Origin: an uncultured Candidatus Saccharibacteria bacterium
Lineage (GTDB): Bacteria; Patescibacteriota; Saccharimonadia; Saccharimonadales; JACDBH01
Length of the DNA: 64,000 nucleotides
Assembly: GCA_964431415.1 (NCBI GenBank)
Contig: CAYSJS010000006.1
Span: 252 to 64,251, forward strand
Direction of reading: 5' to 3'
Part shown: positions 43,726 to 53,925 of the stretch, piece after piece
Layout: each line of letters begins with the position of its first letter
Numbering within the stretch: position 1 is the first letter of the stretch
The notes under the pieces: model-generated
The model's database searches: none
What the model saw: only the letters and a program-made list of their open reading frames with translations
What the model was told of the DNA's origin: nothing
Translations under genes and position numbers: made by a program

Positions 43726-44034
43726 ACGCAGCATATCTGAAGAGTGGCATGCGAGAGCCCCTGCTCGGAAAAATAAAAATTAAAAAAATAAATCAGTAAA
43801 ACGCGATAGGCAAAAATAGCCCGTGTGGTTTTAGTGGTTTTTGGAGTGACAGAAATGCCAATAAAAGTACGAATAGTTAAGAGCCGGCCAAGTATGGTTG
43901 CCGTCAGGATCAAGCGAGCACCCTGGCAGGAGTTTATACACTACTAAAGTGAGATGTAACTTCTTAGGATACGAGTTCGCGTTTTCCCGTTAGTTCTTTT
44001 TTGTGTTATTTTGAGTTTATTTATTCTAAACAAT

Positions 44035-44664
44035 CTATTTTGCAGCACTGATAGCGTCTTCAATGAGCTTTGCAAAAGAAGCCTCATCGTTCGGCGTATC
44101 AACAACCTTACCATTCAGGACAAAGGTAGGTGTACCAGTAAGACCAAGCTTTTGGCCTTCTTTTATGTCGGCGTTAATTACGTCGTTAACCGCTGCACTT
44201 TTATAGTCGTCGGTGAACTTAGTCGTGTCACTAATACCGATCTGGGTGGCATAGTTTGTGAATAGTGTCAGTGGGTCGCTGGTTGACTTCCATGAGTCCT
44301 GATTAGTATATAGAGAAGAGTACATCTCCCAGAATTTACCCTGAAGATGTGCGGCCTCAGCTGCGCGGGATGCCGCTCTGGCGTTTTGGTGCAGGGATTC
44401 GAGCGGGAAATTGCGGAACTGGAAGGTGATATCGGCTTTATGGGCGTCTACCACGCGTTCAACAATGGGGAAATAAACGGCACATGCCGGACATTGGAAG
44501 TCACCGTATTCTACCAAAGTTACTTTTTTAGCGCCTTCGCCTTTTACGTGGTCACTCGCAGCCGGACTTGAGCTTGAAGTGTCTTCGGCTGGCTTTGTGA
44601 GCCACATAAAACCTGCAGCGACCACGATGATTGCAAACACAATACCTACAAAACGTTTATTCAT
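44035..44664 (-). CDS. DsbA-family thiol:disulfide oxidoreductase, membrane anchored
   Basis: N-terminal TM helix, a thioredoxin-fold CPAC active site, and DsbA-like helical insertion motifs. Confidence 0.8.
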   Translation of the reverse strand: MNKRFVGIVFAIIVVAAGFMWLTKPAEDTSSSSPAASDHVKGEGAKKVTLVEYGDFQCPACAVYFPIVERVVDAHKADITFQFRNFPLESLHQNARAASRAAEAAHLQGKFWEMYSSLYTNQDSWKSTSDPLTLFTNYATQIGISDTTKFTDDYKSAAVNDVINADIKEGQKLGLTGTPTFVLNGKVVDTPNDEASFAKLIEDAISAAK

Positions 44665-44793
44665 GAATCTCCCCTTGATTTGTTACTCTATAATAATAGA
44701 TTTAAGCTCTAAAGGCCATCTTTGATTTAAGGCAGTAAACCATGTGGACATGCATCATCACGGATAGGGCACAGTGGTGCTACAATTATAGCC

Positions 44794-45774
44794 ATGAGCA
44801 TCTTAATTATTATCGGACTGCTTAGTGTATCGGCGTGTCTGAGTGCAATGGTGGCTGCGTTTCAAACCCTTTCTGCGTCGCATCTAAAGTACTGGGCCCG
44901 GAAAAAGGATCCCAGTGCACTCAAACTATACCCGCTCAAGGCGCGAGGTGCGGCAACATATCTTATGCTTGAGATTTTAAGAGCATTAGCTGTTGGCGGT
45001 ACTTTTGTATATATAGCATCACATATGAATGTTTGGTTTGCCTGGTTGATTAGTACGGTACTATTTTTTGTTGCATTTATTGTGCTTACCCAGTTATATC
45101 TCAAGCCGTATGGCATGCGCTTGCTCATTTTGCTGAGCAGGCCATTGCTGGCTTTAACGAATGCCTTAAAGCCACTCACTTTGCCGCTTGGGCATGTTTT
45201 TGACGAATATATGGAGCAAGAACCCGTAACCCTAACGCGTTATGATCTTGAGGCGATGCTTAAATCGGTGGAACCGGACGATACGGACTTGAGTTCAGAA
45301 GAAATACGCATTCTTTCTGGCGTGCTCAGCTATTCGCATAAATCAGTCCACGATGTCATGATACCCAAATCAAAAGTAGTTACCGTAAAGGCAACCGAAG
45401 CGCTGACACCAGTGGTAATTGATGAGTTATATAAAACAGGTCATGCGCGCTTCCCGGTGCTGGGCGAAGATGGCAAGTCGGTGGTGGGAATCTTGCATAT
45501 ACATGACATTATGAATGTAAAGACTCCCGGCAGTGTCGAAGAAGCAATGCAGGCACGCGTTAACTATGTGGACGAAGACCGAGGATTGGATCATGTACTC
45601 CAAACCTTTTATACAACTAAGCAATCGGTTTTTGTGGTCCACAATCAGGCGAGTAACATGGTAGGTCTCATCAGTGTCGAAGATGTCCTTCAGCAAATTC
45701 TCGGTAAGCCGTATCAGCACCCGGTAGACTCTCCTGAAGAGACAGTACCGCCAGAGCCAAAGATAAAGGATTAG
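44794..45774 (+). CDS. CNNM/DUF21 transmembrane domain plus CBS-pair protein (CorC/HlyC-like, lacking the C-terminal CorC domain)
   Basis: 4-TM DUF21-like N-terminus, then VHDVMIPKSKVV...ARFPVLGEDGKSVVGILHIHD...LISVEDVLQQILG CBS repeats. Confidence 0.75.
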   Translation: MSILIIIGLLSVSACLSAMVAAFQTLSASHLKYWARKKDPSALKLYPLKARGAATYLMLEILRALAVGGTFVYIASHMNVWFAWLISTVLFFVAFIVLTQLYLKPYGMRLLILLSRPLLALTNALKPLTLPLGHVFDEYMEQEPVTLTRYDLEAMLKSVEPDDTDLSSEEIRILSGVLSYSHKSVHDVMIPKSKVVTVKATEALTPVVIDELYKTGHARFPVLGEDGKSVVGILHIHDIMNVKTPGSVEEAMQARVNYVDEDRGLDHVLQTFYTTKQSVFVVHNQASNMVGLISVEDVLQQILGKPYQHPVDSPEETVPPEPKIKD

Positions 45775-45967
45775 TTCAGCCTAAAAAGTTTGACATGTAC
45801 GGTGGTTGGGGAAAATAGCAGCACATGCTAAAATTACCTCTGTAATGTTTTGGCTAAAAGATAATAACGTAAATCTACGGGCTGGCAAGTAAACGCCGGT
45901 TTGATTTACTCTGCCTATAGCCCGGGAGCCAAAAACCACTTTAGCAAAGAAATAACTAGGAATTATT

Positions 45968-47278
45968 ATGGAACGAACATTAAGTAAAGAAGTGGCACAG
46001 CATATCGGCGCAAGCGTAATGATAGAGGGCTGGCTACATAAAAAACGCCTACTGGGCGGTCTGAGTTTTATTTTGGTACGCGACCGCAAAGGGGTGACTC
46101 AGGTAGTGGTTGAAGATAAAGACGAGGTTGAAAAACTCCGTGCACTGCAAATCGGCACGGTGCTTCGGGTTGAAGGCAATGTCGTGGCCGAAGAGCGTGC
46201 CCCGGGCGGCGCCGAAATTCACGATGCAAAACTTAACGTCTTGGTACCGGTGCTAGATGTGCCGCCGATAGAAATCGACAAACCGTTAGACCATAAACCC
46301 GAGAACTTAGACACGTTACTAGACAACCGTGTAGTGGGGCTTCGGAACCTGCGAGAAACGGCTATCTTTAAGATTCAGGACCGAGTACTCGAAGGTGCGC
46401 GTCGATATTTTTATCAAAATGGTTTCACTGAAATGAAAACTCCAAAGCTTCTTGCAAAGCCGACTGAAGGCGGAGCCGAGGTGTTTATGTTAGATTATTT
46501 TGGCAAAACGGCCAGCTTGGCGCAAAGCGCGCAGTTTTATAAGCAAATAATGGTTGGTGTGTTTGAGCGTGTGTTCGAGATGGGCGGTACATACCGAGCC
46601 GAGCCGAGTTCAACAACGCGGCATATGACTGAATATGTGACGATTGACTGTGAGATGGGCTTCATAACATTCGACGAACTGCGCGAGTTTGCGCACGGAC
46701 TTCTAAAGTCGGTTGTAGACTTTGTTTGGGAAGAATGTCCTGATGAAGTAAGAATGTGGAACTTGCAAAAACCGCTCCTTTCCGACAAAGCGGTTTCGCT
46801 CACCATGGCTGAAGTACATGAATTGTTTGAAAAAGCTAACAACACAACCGTAGAGGATAAAAAGGATTTAACGCCATCCGAAGAAAAGTGGATTTGCGAA
46901 TACGCCAAAAAGAACCTCGGCACTGAAGCGGTATTTGTGACCGAATGGCCTGCAAGTTCGATGAAGTTTTACCATAAAAAGACCGAAGGCAATGAAGAGA
47001 TGTGCGACCGAAGCGACTTCTTGTTCCGTGGTGTCGAAATCATGACTTGCCCAATGCGCGAAAACCGGTATGACGTTTTAATTCAGCAGATGAAAGATCA
47101 AGGACTCGATGAAACCGAAGAGGGGTATCAAGCGTACTTAAGTGCCTTCAAATTTGGCCTGCCGCCGCATGGTGGTTTCGGACTCGGCATGGAACGCTTA
47201 ACACAAAGAATCCTTGGACTGAATAACGTTAAAGAAGCCACACTCTTCCCGCGTGACATTAACCGCCTCGCCCCATGA
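45968..47278 (+). CDS. aspS: Aspartate--tRNA ligase, archaeal/eukaryotic type (class IIb)
   Basis: OB-fold N-terminus, motif 2 YRAEPSSTTRHMTEY, and C-terminal GLPPHGGFGLGMERL...LFPRDINRLAP (FPRDxxRLxP is typical of type-2 AspRS). Confidence 0.75.
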   Translation: MERTLSKEVAQHIGASVMIEGWLHKKRLLGGLSFILVRDRKGVTQVVVEDKDEVEKLRALQIGTVLRVEGNVVAEERAPGGAEIHDAKLNVLVPVLDVPPIEIDKPLDHKPENLDTLLDNRVVGLRNLRETAIFKIQDRVLEGARRYFYQNGFTEMKTPKLLAKPTEGGAEVFMLDYFGKTASLAQSAQFYKQIMVGVFERVFEMGGTYRAEPSSTTRHMTEYVTIDCEMGFITFDELREFAHGLLKSVVDFVWEECPDEVRMWNLQKPLLSDKAVSLTMAEVHELFEKANNTTVEDKKDLTPSEEKWICEYAKKNLGTEAVFVTEWPASSMKFYHKKTEGNEEMCDRSDFLFRGVEIMTCPMRENRYDVLIQQMKDQGLDETEEGYQAYLSAFKFGLPPHGGFGLGMERLTQRILGLNNVKEATLFPRDINRLAP

Positions 47279-47736
47279 CCTACGACATTCCCGGCTCAGG
47301 AGAGTTAAAACTAGAAACCATCATCCTAGATTTGAACGGTACGCTTTCGGTTGGCGGACAAATTGTCGAAGGTGTACACGACAGACTTGCCGCAATCAAA
47401 GAACTTGGTTTCAAAGTGCTGTTTTTTACTGGTAATACGCGTAATGATGCTGATAGTATTGCCGAAGAACTTGGTATTGAGTGGCGGCTTGCCAAGAATG
47501 CGGTTGAAAAACGCGACCTTGCATTAACTATGAACCCGGAAACGTGCGTATCTATCGGCAACGGATTAATTGACCTTGAGCTCATGAAAGCGGTGAAGCT
47601 GCGCATTGTTACCCTCCAGGCTGAAGGTGTGCACGTGCAGACACTGCTTAACTCTGATATTGTTGTGCCAAACATGAACGATGCGCTTGATTTGTTTATA
47701 GACCCGCAGCGCCTCATTGCAACCCTGAGGTCGTAG
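47275..47736 (+). CDS. HAD-superfamily hydrolase (soluble P-type-ATPase-like, COG4087-like)
   Basis: IILDLNGTLS (DxxGT motif I), FFTGNTR, IGNGLIDL. Start overlaps the aspS stop (ATGA). Confidence 0.6.
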   Translation: MTYDIPGSGELKLETIILDLNGTLSVGGQIVEGVHDRLAAIKELGFKVLFFTGNTRNDADSIAEELGIEWRLAKNAVEKRDLALTMNPETCVSIGNGLIDLELMKAVKLRIVTLQAEGVHVQTLLNSDIVVPNMNDALDLFIDPQRLIATLRS

Positions 47737-47739
47737 CCG

Positions 47740-48657
47740 ATGATTGTTGTAACAGCCGGGTCAGCATTTCTCGATATCGATTCTTTTGCGGGCTGCATTG
47801 CTTACGCAGAACTAACGAAACTACAAGGGAATGAGGCGGTTGCGGTAAGTAGTGCGCCACTCAATAAAAGTGTTACGCCAGACATCCGTTCAAAACTAAA
47901 GCTCGACACATATTCACCGCAAGCGGGCGACCAGTTTGTATTGATTGATGTGTCAAACGCTGCATTTTTTGACCCGATTGTAGACCAGAAAGCAATTGTA
48001 GAGGTGATCGACCACCATCCGGGGCATGAACAGTATTGGGCGGAACGTCTGCATAACAAAGCACATATTGAGCCAATCGGTGCTGCCTGCACATTGGTTT
48101 ACGAACGGTATGTGGCTGAGGGTTTAACTGGCAAAATGCCGGCCGTAGTGGCAGAGGCGCTCGCAGTAGGAATTTTGGATAACACGCTTAATTTTACGGC
48201 AGAAATAACGAGCGAACGAGACAAAACGGCTTATAAGCAGCTTCTTGTTATTGCAGGCAAAGACGAATCTTTGGCAGGCACCTACTTTTCCGCTTGTCAG
48301 GACGCAATCGAAGAAGAGCTCGAAGAAGCGATTCGTAATGATTTAAAACACGTCACCGAAACAAGTTTACTGCCAGAGTACGTCGGACAACTTGTTATTT
48401 GGAATGCAAAAGCGTTATTAGAACGAGAGCTTGATAGAATTGTAGCTATTATGAATGCCCTGTCGACTGACTGGTGCGTTAATCTTGTGAGCATAGTAGA
48501 CGGCAAAAGCTATATTATTGCTGGTTCTTCGGATGCAAAAGCAAAAATGAGCCGGCTTTACGACCTTACGTTTACGGGTGCCGCCTGGGCACCGATGCCG
48601 GCGCGGCTACGAAAAGAGATTCTTAAACGAGCCATCACATTGGAGTCGCAACAATAG
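47740..48657 (+). CDS. DHH/DHHA2-family phosphoesterase (family II pyrophosphatase-like)
   Basis: LDIDSFAGCIAYAEL (motif I/II region), LIDVSN, VIDHHPG (DHH). Confidence 0.65.
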   Translation: MIVVTAGSAFLDIDSFAGCIAYAELTKLQGNEAVAVSSAPLNKSVTPDIRSKLKLDTYSPQAGDQFVLIDVSNAAFFDPIVDQKAIVEVIDHHPGHEQYWAERLHNKAHIEPIGAACTLVYERYVAEGLTGKMPAVVAEALAVGILDNTLNFTAEITSERDKTAYKQLLVIAGKDESLAGTYFSACQDAIEEELEEAIRNDLKHVTETSLLPEYVGQLVIWNAKALLERELDRIVAIMNALSTDWCVNLVSIVDGKSYIIAGSSDAKAKMSRLYDLTFTGAAWAPMPARLRKEILKRAITLESQQ

Positions 48658-48711
48658 CATAGCTGCATATTCTGTTATAGTTGAAGTACTGATTAAAAGG
48701 AGTGGATAGGG

Positions 48712-49251
48712 ATGAATAAGAAAGTGGTTGCCGCAGCGGGTGTTGTCATTGTGCTTATTGGTGCTGTACTGTTTGTTACAAGTAAAAAGAACGATTCAAC
48801 TGTTTCAAACAGCAAAGAAACAACATCTTCAAGTACTTCAAAGTATAAAATAGTCAATGCGTGTGAAGTGTTTACCTTAACCGATGCCCAAGCGGTGCTC
48901 GGATCCGGTTCGCAAGCTGGGAGTGATGATGGCTCGGCGACGGAAAGCGATGATATTAGCGTAAGCACATGCACATATACTGCCTCGGGCGTAGCTGCGA
49001 CATTACTTGCTCGTTCCGCTAAGACTGCTGACGGTGCAGCCAGTAACGCAAGCCAGTTCACCTCTTTGCCTGCTACGGCCACTACGGTTGACGGCTACGG
49101 AGATAAGGCATACTGGGACTCGGCCTACGGTCAGCTAAATATCCTGAAGAATAATAACTGGTATATCTTGTCGAATGGTCCAATACGCGCAAGTGAAAAG
49201 ACCCTTGAAAGTGCCAAAAAACTCGCCGACCAAATCATCTCCCGGTTGTAG
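48712..49251 (+). CDS. Secreted/anchored hypothetical protein
   Basis: N-terminal hydrophobic anchor and a Ser/Thr-rich linker. No motif recognised. Confidence 0.45.
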   Translation: MNKKVVAAAGVVIVLIGAVLFVTSKKNDSTVSNSKETTSSSTSKYKIVNACEVFTLTDAQAVLGSGSQAGSDDGSATESDDISVSTCTYTASGVAATLLARSAKTADGAASNASQFTSLPATATTVDGYGDKAYWDSAYGQLNILKNNNWYILSNGPIRASEKTLESAKKLADQIISRL

Positions 49252-49262
49252 TAAGCTAAAAA

Positions 49263-49901
49263 TTACACTGCCGGAGCGTTGTCCAGTGATTTCCATACAT
49301 ACCAGCTCGCTACCGATTCATAAGGGTGCCAAGAGTTTTTTTGGGCAATGGTTTTAATATCTTCGGTGCCGGGCAGTTTGGGTAGGTTATAGAGTTTCAT
49401 AATGCCGTTTTTTATACCCAAATCCCCGACCGGTAATATGTCGAGCCTGCCCATGCAAAAGATCATAAACATGTGAGCCGTCCACTCGCCAATACCTTTT
49501 ACGGCAGTAAGCTCTTCAATAACTTCATTATTAGATAGGTTGTCCAGTTTTTTGAAGTCCAGTCGGTCTTCTAGTACATGCAAGGCGAGGTCCTGGATGT
49601 AACGAGCCTTTGCGTTGCTCAGACCCGCACTGCGCAGGTCTTCATGTGACTTTTCCAGTATGGCCTGAGGGGTCGGGAGAGTCTGGCCGCCAAAGAGTGC
49701 AACAAATTTCTGCTTTATGGCTGCAGCGGCTTTAACGCTCAGCTGCTGGCCGATGATGCTTTCTATGAGTTCGTGATAGTAGTCTGTATGAGGTGTAACG
49801 GTGTAGCCGCCATAACGCGCAATAAGCTCTGCAATGACCGGGTCATGCAATGAAAGATGTTTTAACGCAGCAGAGATTGTCCGAGCACGAGAGTCTTGCA
49901 T
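49263..49901 (-). CDS. DNA-3-methyladenine glycosylase II-like (HhH-GPD, AlkA family)
   Basis: LTAVKGIGEWTAHMFMIFCMGRLDILPVGDLGIKNG (HhH plus catalytic Asp loop). Confidence 0.8.
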   Translation of the reverse strand: MQDSRARTISAALKHLSLHDPVIAELIARYGGYTVTPHTDYYHELIESIIGQQLSVKAAAAIKQKFVALFGGQTLPTPQAILEKSHEDLRSAGLSNAKARYIQDLALHVLEDRLDFKKLDNLSNNEVIEELTAVKGIGEWTAHMFMIFCMGRLDILPVGDLGIKNGIMKLYNLPKLPGTEDIKTIAQKNSWHPYESVASWYVWKSLDNAPAV

Positions 49902-49981
49902 AAGAGTAAGTATGACACAGCTTATGCGGTGGGGCGAAACGCTAGGATTGTGAAACCATAAACGGTATACTGAAGCATACT

Positions 49982-50416
49982 ATGGTAGTAGCAGACGGAT
50001 CAGAAATGCCCGCAACCGATAATCCGCAGGTTGTGCCCAAAGTCGAAAACCCGGCCAATGATGCGAGTCGGTTCCAGCAAAGTGCGGGTTCGGATGTGCT
50101 TACACAAAAGAATCAGGCGCTCAGTGTGGAAAAGACCGGTGAGCCAATAAACACTGCCGTGACGACAGACGGCGCTTCGGTTGCGGTGGTGCTTTTTGTC
50201 ATAATCTCCTCAGTAACACTTGTATTGGTGGCACTGTATGTCTTTCGAGCCGTTTTAAAGAGGCCGAGCAAAGAAGAAAAAGAAACCGAGCTACTTACGG
50301 CAGTAGCCGCGGATGTGCACTCTGTGGATAGTGTACAAAAGGCCGTCATTAAAACGTCGGGTAAGAAAAAGAAGCAATCAAGATCGAAGCGTAAAAAAGC
50401 CGCTAAACGCCCGTAA
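49982..50416 (+). CDS. Hypothetical single-pass membrane protein with a Lys-rich C-terminus
   Basis: One TM helix (VAVVLFVIISSVTLVLVALYVF) and a basic tail. Confidence 0.4.
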   Translation: MVVADGSEMPATDNPQVVPKVENPANDASRFQQSAGSDVLTQKNQALSVEKTGEPINTAVTTDGASVAVVLFVIISSVTLVLVALYVFRAVLKRPSKEEKETELLTAVAADVHSVDSVQKAVIKTSGKKKKQSRSKRKKAAKRP

Positions 50417-50472
50417 TACATCAGAGGCTATGTATGGCATTCTCCACAAAGTAACAGGCACCTGTTATACTT

Positions 50473-52542
50473 ATGCTTAACATGAAAGCGAAAAAACAGG
50501 GTCCGTCAGAGGACTCATCCAACCAGGGCGTTGACATGGAACGCATAAAAGAACTCATGGGTCCTTTGCCTAATGAGCTTAGTGAGCAAGAGTCTTCTAA
50601 AACAAAGACCGAGCTTAACAAAAAGTCTGTCGAGCCAACTTTAGAAGCCGAACCAGAAACTGCGCCGGTTGTAAACGAAAAGCTTGCCGAGGCAGCCGAA
50701 GAGGCAAACGCTAGTCTGAAGGCTATGGCGCCAGACTTAGGCGAAGCAACCATTACTAAGGTTGATGACGAAGAAGAGCCGCTTCCAAACGCAGAAGATT
50801 CGACCGATTCGGAGACGTCCGAGCCCACAGAAGAGGGTGTCGCGTCGGACGATCCTTTAGTGGTCAAGGCGGTGAACGACATTGTCGCTCACGAGGGTGA
50901 TCAAGTGTTAGAGGCTGAAGACGAGAAGAAAAGCAGCTTACTAGAAGAGACCGGCGGTCTAGGCATAAAAGACAAAATTAAGGATTTCTTTAGAAAAAAA
51001 TGGGTACGAAGAGGATTATTGGGTGTAGCTTTGACTGCAATACTCGGGGTAGCTCTTTTTCCTACTAGTCGTTATTTTGTATTAAACACGGTTGGAGTGC
51101 GAGCCTCTTTAAATGTAAACGTTGTGGACAGCGGTACGCTCCAGCCGCTAAAAAATGTTCAAGTATCTGCAGCGGGTGTAACGGCGCAAACCGACGGTAA
51201 GGGCGTAGCTCGTCTTGAGCATGTAAAACTAGGACCGACAGAGCTGAAAATAAGTAAGCGTGCTTTTACATCGGTGACACAGCAAGTAACGGTCGGCTGG
51301 GGGAGCAATCCTAAAGGACAATTTAGGCTTGCGGCTTCCGGTGCGCAGTATACCTTCATGATAAAAGATTTTCTGAGTAGCAAGGCCGTTATAAGTGCCG
51401 AGGTAAGCAGTGGCGAGGGAAGCGCGGTTTCCGACAAGGACGGAAAAGTGGTGCTTACTTTGGACACAAGAGAAAAAGCTGACGCAGAAGAATTAAGTAT
51501 AGAGGTAAATGCGGCAAATTATCGTACCGAATCATTAAAAATTACTGCCGGCAGTAAAGAAATAACTGCCGTTTCGCTTGTGTCGGACCGTAAGGATGTC
51601 TTTGTTTCTAAAAGATCAGGTAAATACGACGTGTATTCGATAGATGTAGACGGAAAGAACGAGAAAAAGATAGTAAGCGGTACGGGCCTAGAGCGTGACG
51701 ATATAACCTTGGTGCCGCTTCAAAACTCTGATATGGTGGCGTTTATTGCCAGCCGTGAAAATACGAAGAATGCCGACGGTTACCTCCTCAGCACTCTTTA
51801 TTTTATAGACATAAAGTCCGGCACACTGACCAAAATTGACCAGTCGGAAATGATCAGGCCCATAGGCTGGTCGGCTAGCCAGCGTCTGGTGTATGTAAAA
51901 GTGGCAGCCGGCGCAAGCGGCGCAAATCCAAAACGACACCGGATTATGTCGGTAAGCGTAAAAAATACCAGCGACAATAAAGAAATTGCTGCCGCCAACT
52001 ACTTTAACGACGTACTAATGGTTAACGATAGGATTGTGTATGCGCCGTCTAATGCCTATAACACCGGTGCCAAATTAGGAGCATACAGCGTTGCATCCGA
52101 CGCTACAGGCAGCGTCACACTGCTCGACAAAGAAGTGTACAACATTCTACGCACCGACTACGAAACGCTTACACTCAGTGTCGAGGGCGGGTCGTACACA
52201 TATAAACTTGGCGCCAGCTCGGCTGCTCCTGCTACTTCTTCAACTACCACAAATCGACTCTACATAGACAACAGTAATGCTAAGCAAAGTGTATGGGTGG
52301 ATTCCCGCGATGGTAAAAACCTGCTGCTTGCGTATGACAAGTCGGCTAAAAAAGACACCACTCTCCTGACTAAGACGGGTGTCAAGTATCCGGTGTATTG
52401 GCTGAGTGATACCGTGCTTGTTTTTCGCGTGAACGACGGCCGCGAAACGGCAGACTATGCAGTTAGTACGCTAGGCGGAGATGCAAAAAAGATCCAAGAC
52501 GTAAGCGATGCCGGTGGCGTGCGGCGCTGGTACTACTACTAA
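50473..52542 (+). CDS. Membrane-anchored protein: acidic N-terminus, carboxypeptidase-regulatory-like domain(s), TolB-like beta-propeller region
   Basis: TM helix near aa 190. VNVVDSGTLQPLKNVQVSAAGVTAQTDGKGVARLE is CarboxypepD_reg-like. SGKYDVYSIDVDGKNEKKIVSG is a TolB-like blade. Confidence 0.5.
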   Translation: MLNMKAKKQGPSEDSSNQGVDMERIKELMGPLPNELSEQESSKTKTELNKKSVEPTLEAEPETAPVVNEKLAEAAEEANASLKAMAPDLGEATITKVDDEEEPLPNAEDSTDSETSEPTEEGVASDDPLVVKAVNDIVAHEGDQVLEAEDEKKSSLLEETGGLGIKDKIKDFFRKKWVRRGLLGVALTAILGVALFPTSRYFVLNTVGVRASLNVNVVDSGTLQPLKNVQVSAAGVTAQTDGKGVARLEHVKLGPTELKISKRAFTSVTQQVTVGWGSNPKGQFRLAASGAQYTFMIKDFLSSKAVISAEVSSGEGSAVSDKDGKVVLTLDTREKADAEELSIEVNAANYRTESLKITAGSKEITAVSLVSDRKDVFVSKRSGKYDVYSIDVDGKNEKKIVSGTGLERDDITLVPLQNSDMVAFIASRENTKNADGYLLSTLYFIDIKSGTLTKIDQSEMIRPIGWSASQRLVYVKVAAGASGANPKRHRIMSVSVKNTSDNKEIAAANYFNDVLMVNDRIVYAPSNAYNTGAKLGAYSVASDATGSVTLLDKEVYNILRTDYETLTLSVEGGSYTYKLGASSAAPATSSTTTNRLYIDNSNAKQSVWVDSRDGKNLLLAYDKSAKKDTTLLTKTGVKYPVYWLSDTVLVFRVNDGRETADYAVSTLGGDAKKIQDVSDAGGVRRWYYY

Positions 52543-52630
52543 AACTCCCTATATGTGTGCAGCGTTGTTGACGGATCAAAGCGGGCAGTATATTATCTGG
52601 TTTTAAACTAAAAGCGAGAGGTTTTTTCGT

Positions 52631-53059
52631 ATGGCTGCTGAAAGCTTAAATGGTCAGTGGGATTTTGATGACACAAGAAAAGTACTGGGCGAGTTAGGGG
52701 CGCGCATGACGGTACCGGGAGGTATTAGCGATGTTCCCACGGTTATAAATCACCTAGCGGATCAAAAAGGTAGTCACCCGGCTTTTCCAATCTTAGACGA
52801 TAACTTCAAGCTTTTAGCGGTCGCTGGCGAAGATTCTATGGATGAAACTGTTGCCGGACAAGGTTTGCCGGTTGCGATCGTGTGGGACGCTGACAGAAAA
52901 GTCGTGGAAGAAACGGCGCGTTTACTTGCGCTCACCGGCACTAACCCTGACGACCCGCGGTTTGTCGAAGGCGTTGCGTATAGTGGTGATATGGGCAGTG
53001 GAGTGTATGTCAGTATTAACCCAGCAGATGGTGGATACGCGTACCCATCTTCTATTTAG
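52631..53059 (+). CDS. Hypothetical protein (142 aa)
   Basis: ORF with normal composition. No motif recognised. Confidence 0.4.
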   Translation: MAAESLNGQWDFDDTRKVLGELGARMTVPGGISDVPTVINHLADQKGSHPAFPILDDNFKLLAVAGEDSMDETVAGQGLPVAIVWDADRKVVEETARLLALTGTNPDDPRFVEGVAYSGDMGSGVYVSINPADGGYAYPSSI

Positions 53060-53897
53060 GTTCTTTGAGCGTACATATTGCCATTTTGCCGTCGGTTCTT
53101 AGCAGGCCGCCGATGGTGCGGTTGCGTAGCTCGTACGGTGCGCCCACTTTGATTGTGCGCACACCCTTTACCTGACCGCTGGCGCGAAGTGATGTGACAA
53201 TCAGTTCACGCTCCGTGTCGGTGTCTGGATCTACCATATGGGTAATTTGTGCATTGTGGCGGATCGGGATGAGCCCAATGTCCTTGCTAACCGCCCCTAC
53301 CCACAGCTGCCGGTTATCACCTATCTTAGTCGGCTTATGGAGACGTTGCCAAAAACGAACGTGTTCATGAAAGTTCTCCGGTCCTTCAAAACTGCACGCC
53401 CAAAAACGGACGTGGTGTCTGCGGCTTGCACTTCCTTCAATCGGAAGGGCAAAGGCAAGATCTTGTTTTCTTCCGAATAGGTACAAGCTACTGAAAGGGG
53501 TGTTTGGGTAAGGTATGCGCTTAAATGTGGCGCGTAATACACGCACAAAAGAACGCACGTTCTTTTTGTCGGGCGCATGCCATCCCGCGTTTTGCATTGC
53601 GTCACGAATCTGCACTCGTGTGCCAATAATACCGATGTTAATAGGATCGCTTGCAAAGCCGTCGGGCGTTACGCAGTAAAGGGGGATATGGGTTGGACGA
53701 AAAAAGATACGATATAACCGTATACACGCCGGCAAAAATACATAGGCCGTAAAAAGGTATGTCGCAAGCAGGGCAAGCGCAATAGGAATACGGTTATCAA
53801 AGAAAGGGAAAAACTTCCATACGGCAAGGTAGACCACGGCTAAACCGGCAGAAAATAACAGCAGCCGCTTGAATGAGCGTAGAATAAAGTCGGTCAT
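53052..53897 (-). CDS. Membrane protein with an LssY-C-like domain
   Basis: 3 N-terminal TM helices. DPINIGIIGTRVQIRDAMQNAGWHAPD resembles the LssY C-terminal family. Confidence 0.45.
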   Translation of the reverse strand: MTDFILRSFKRLLLFSAGLAVVYLAVWKFFPFFDNRIPIALALLATYLFTAYVFLPACIRLYRIFFRPTHIPLYCVTPDGFASDPINIGIIGTRVQIRDAMQNAGWHAPDKKNVRSFVRVLRATFKRIPYPNTPFSSLYLFGRKQDLAFALPIEGSASRRHHVRFWACSFEGPENFHEHVRFWQRLHKPTKIGDNRQLWVGAVSKDIGLIPIRHNAQITHMVDPDTDTERELIVTSLRASGQVKGVRTIKVGAPYELRNRTIGGLLRTDGKMAICTLKEPK

Positions 53898-53925
53898 TTG
53901 TAGGTATTATAGAATATTTATAACG

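Noticed and set aside
45775-45967. T-box leader upstream of aspS
   Set aside because: There is no T-box sequence (AATTAGGGTGGTACCGCG-like), no specifier-loop architecture and no terminator/antiterminator pair. Only promoter-like hexamers are present.
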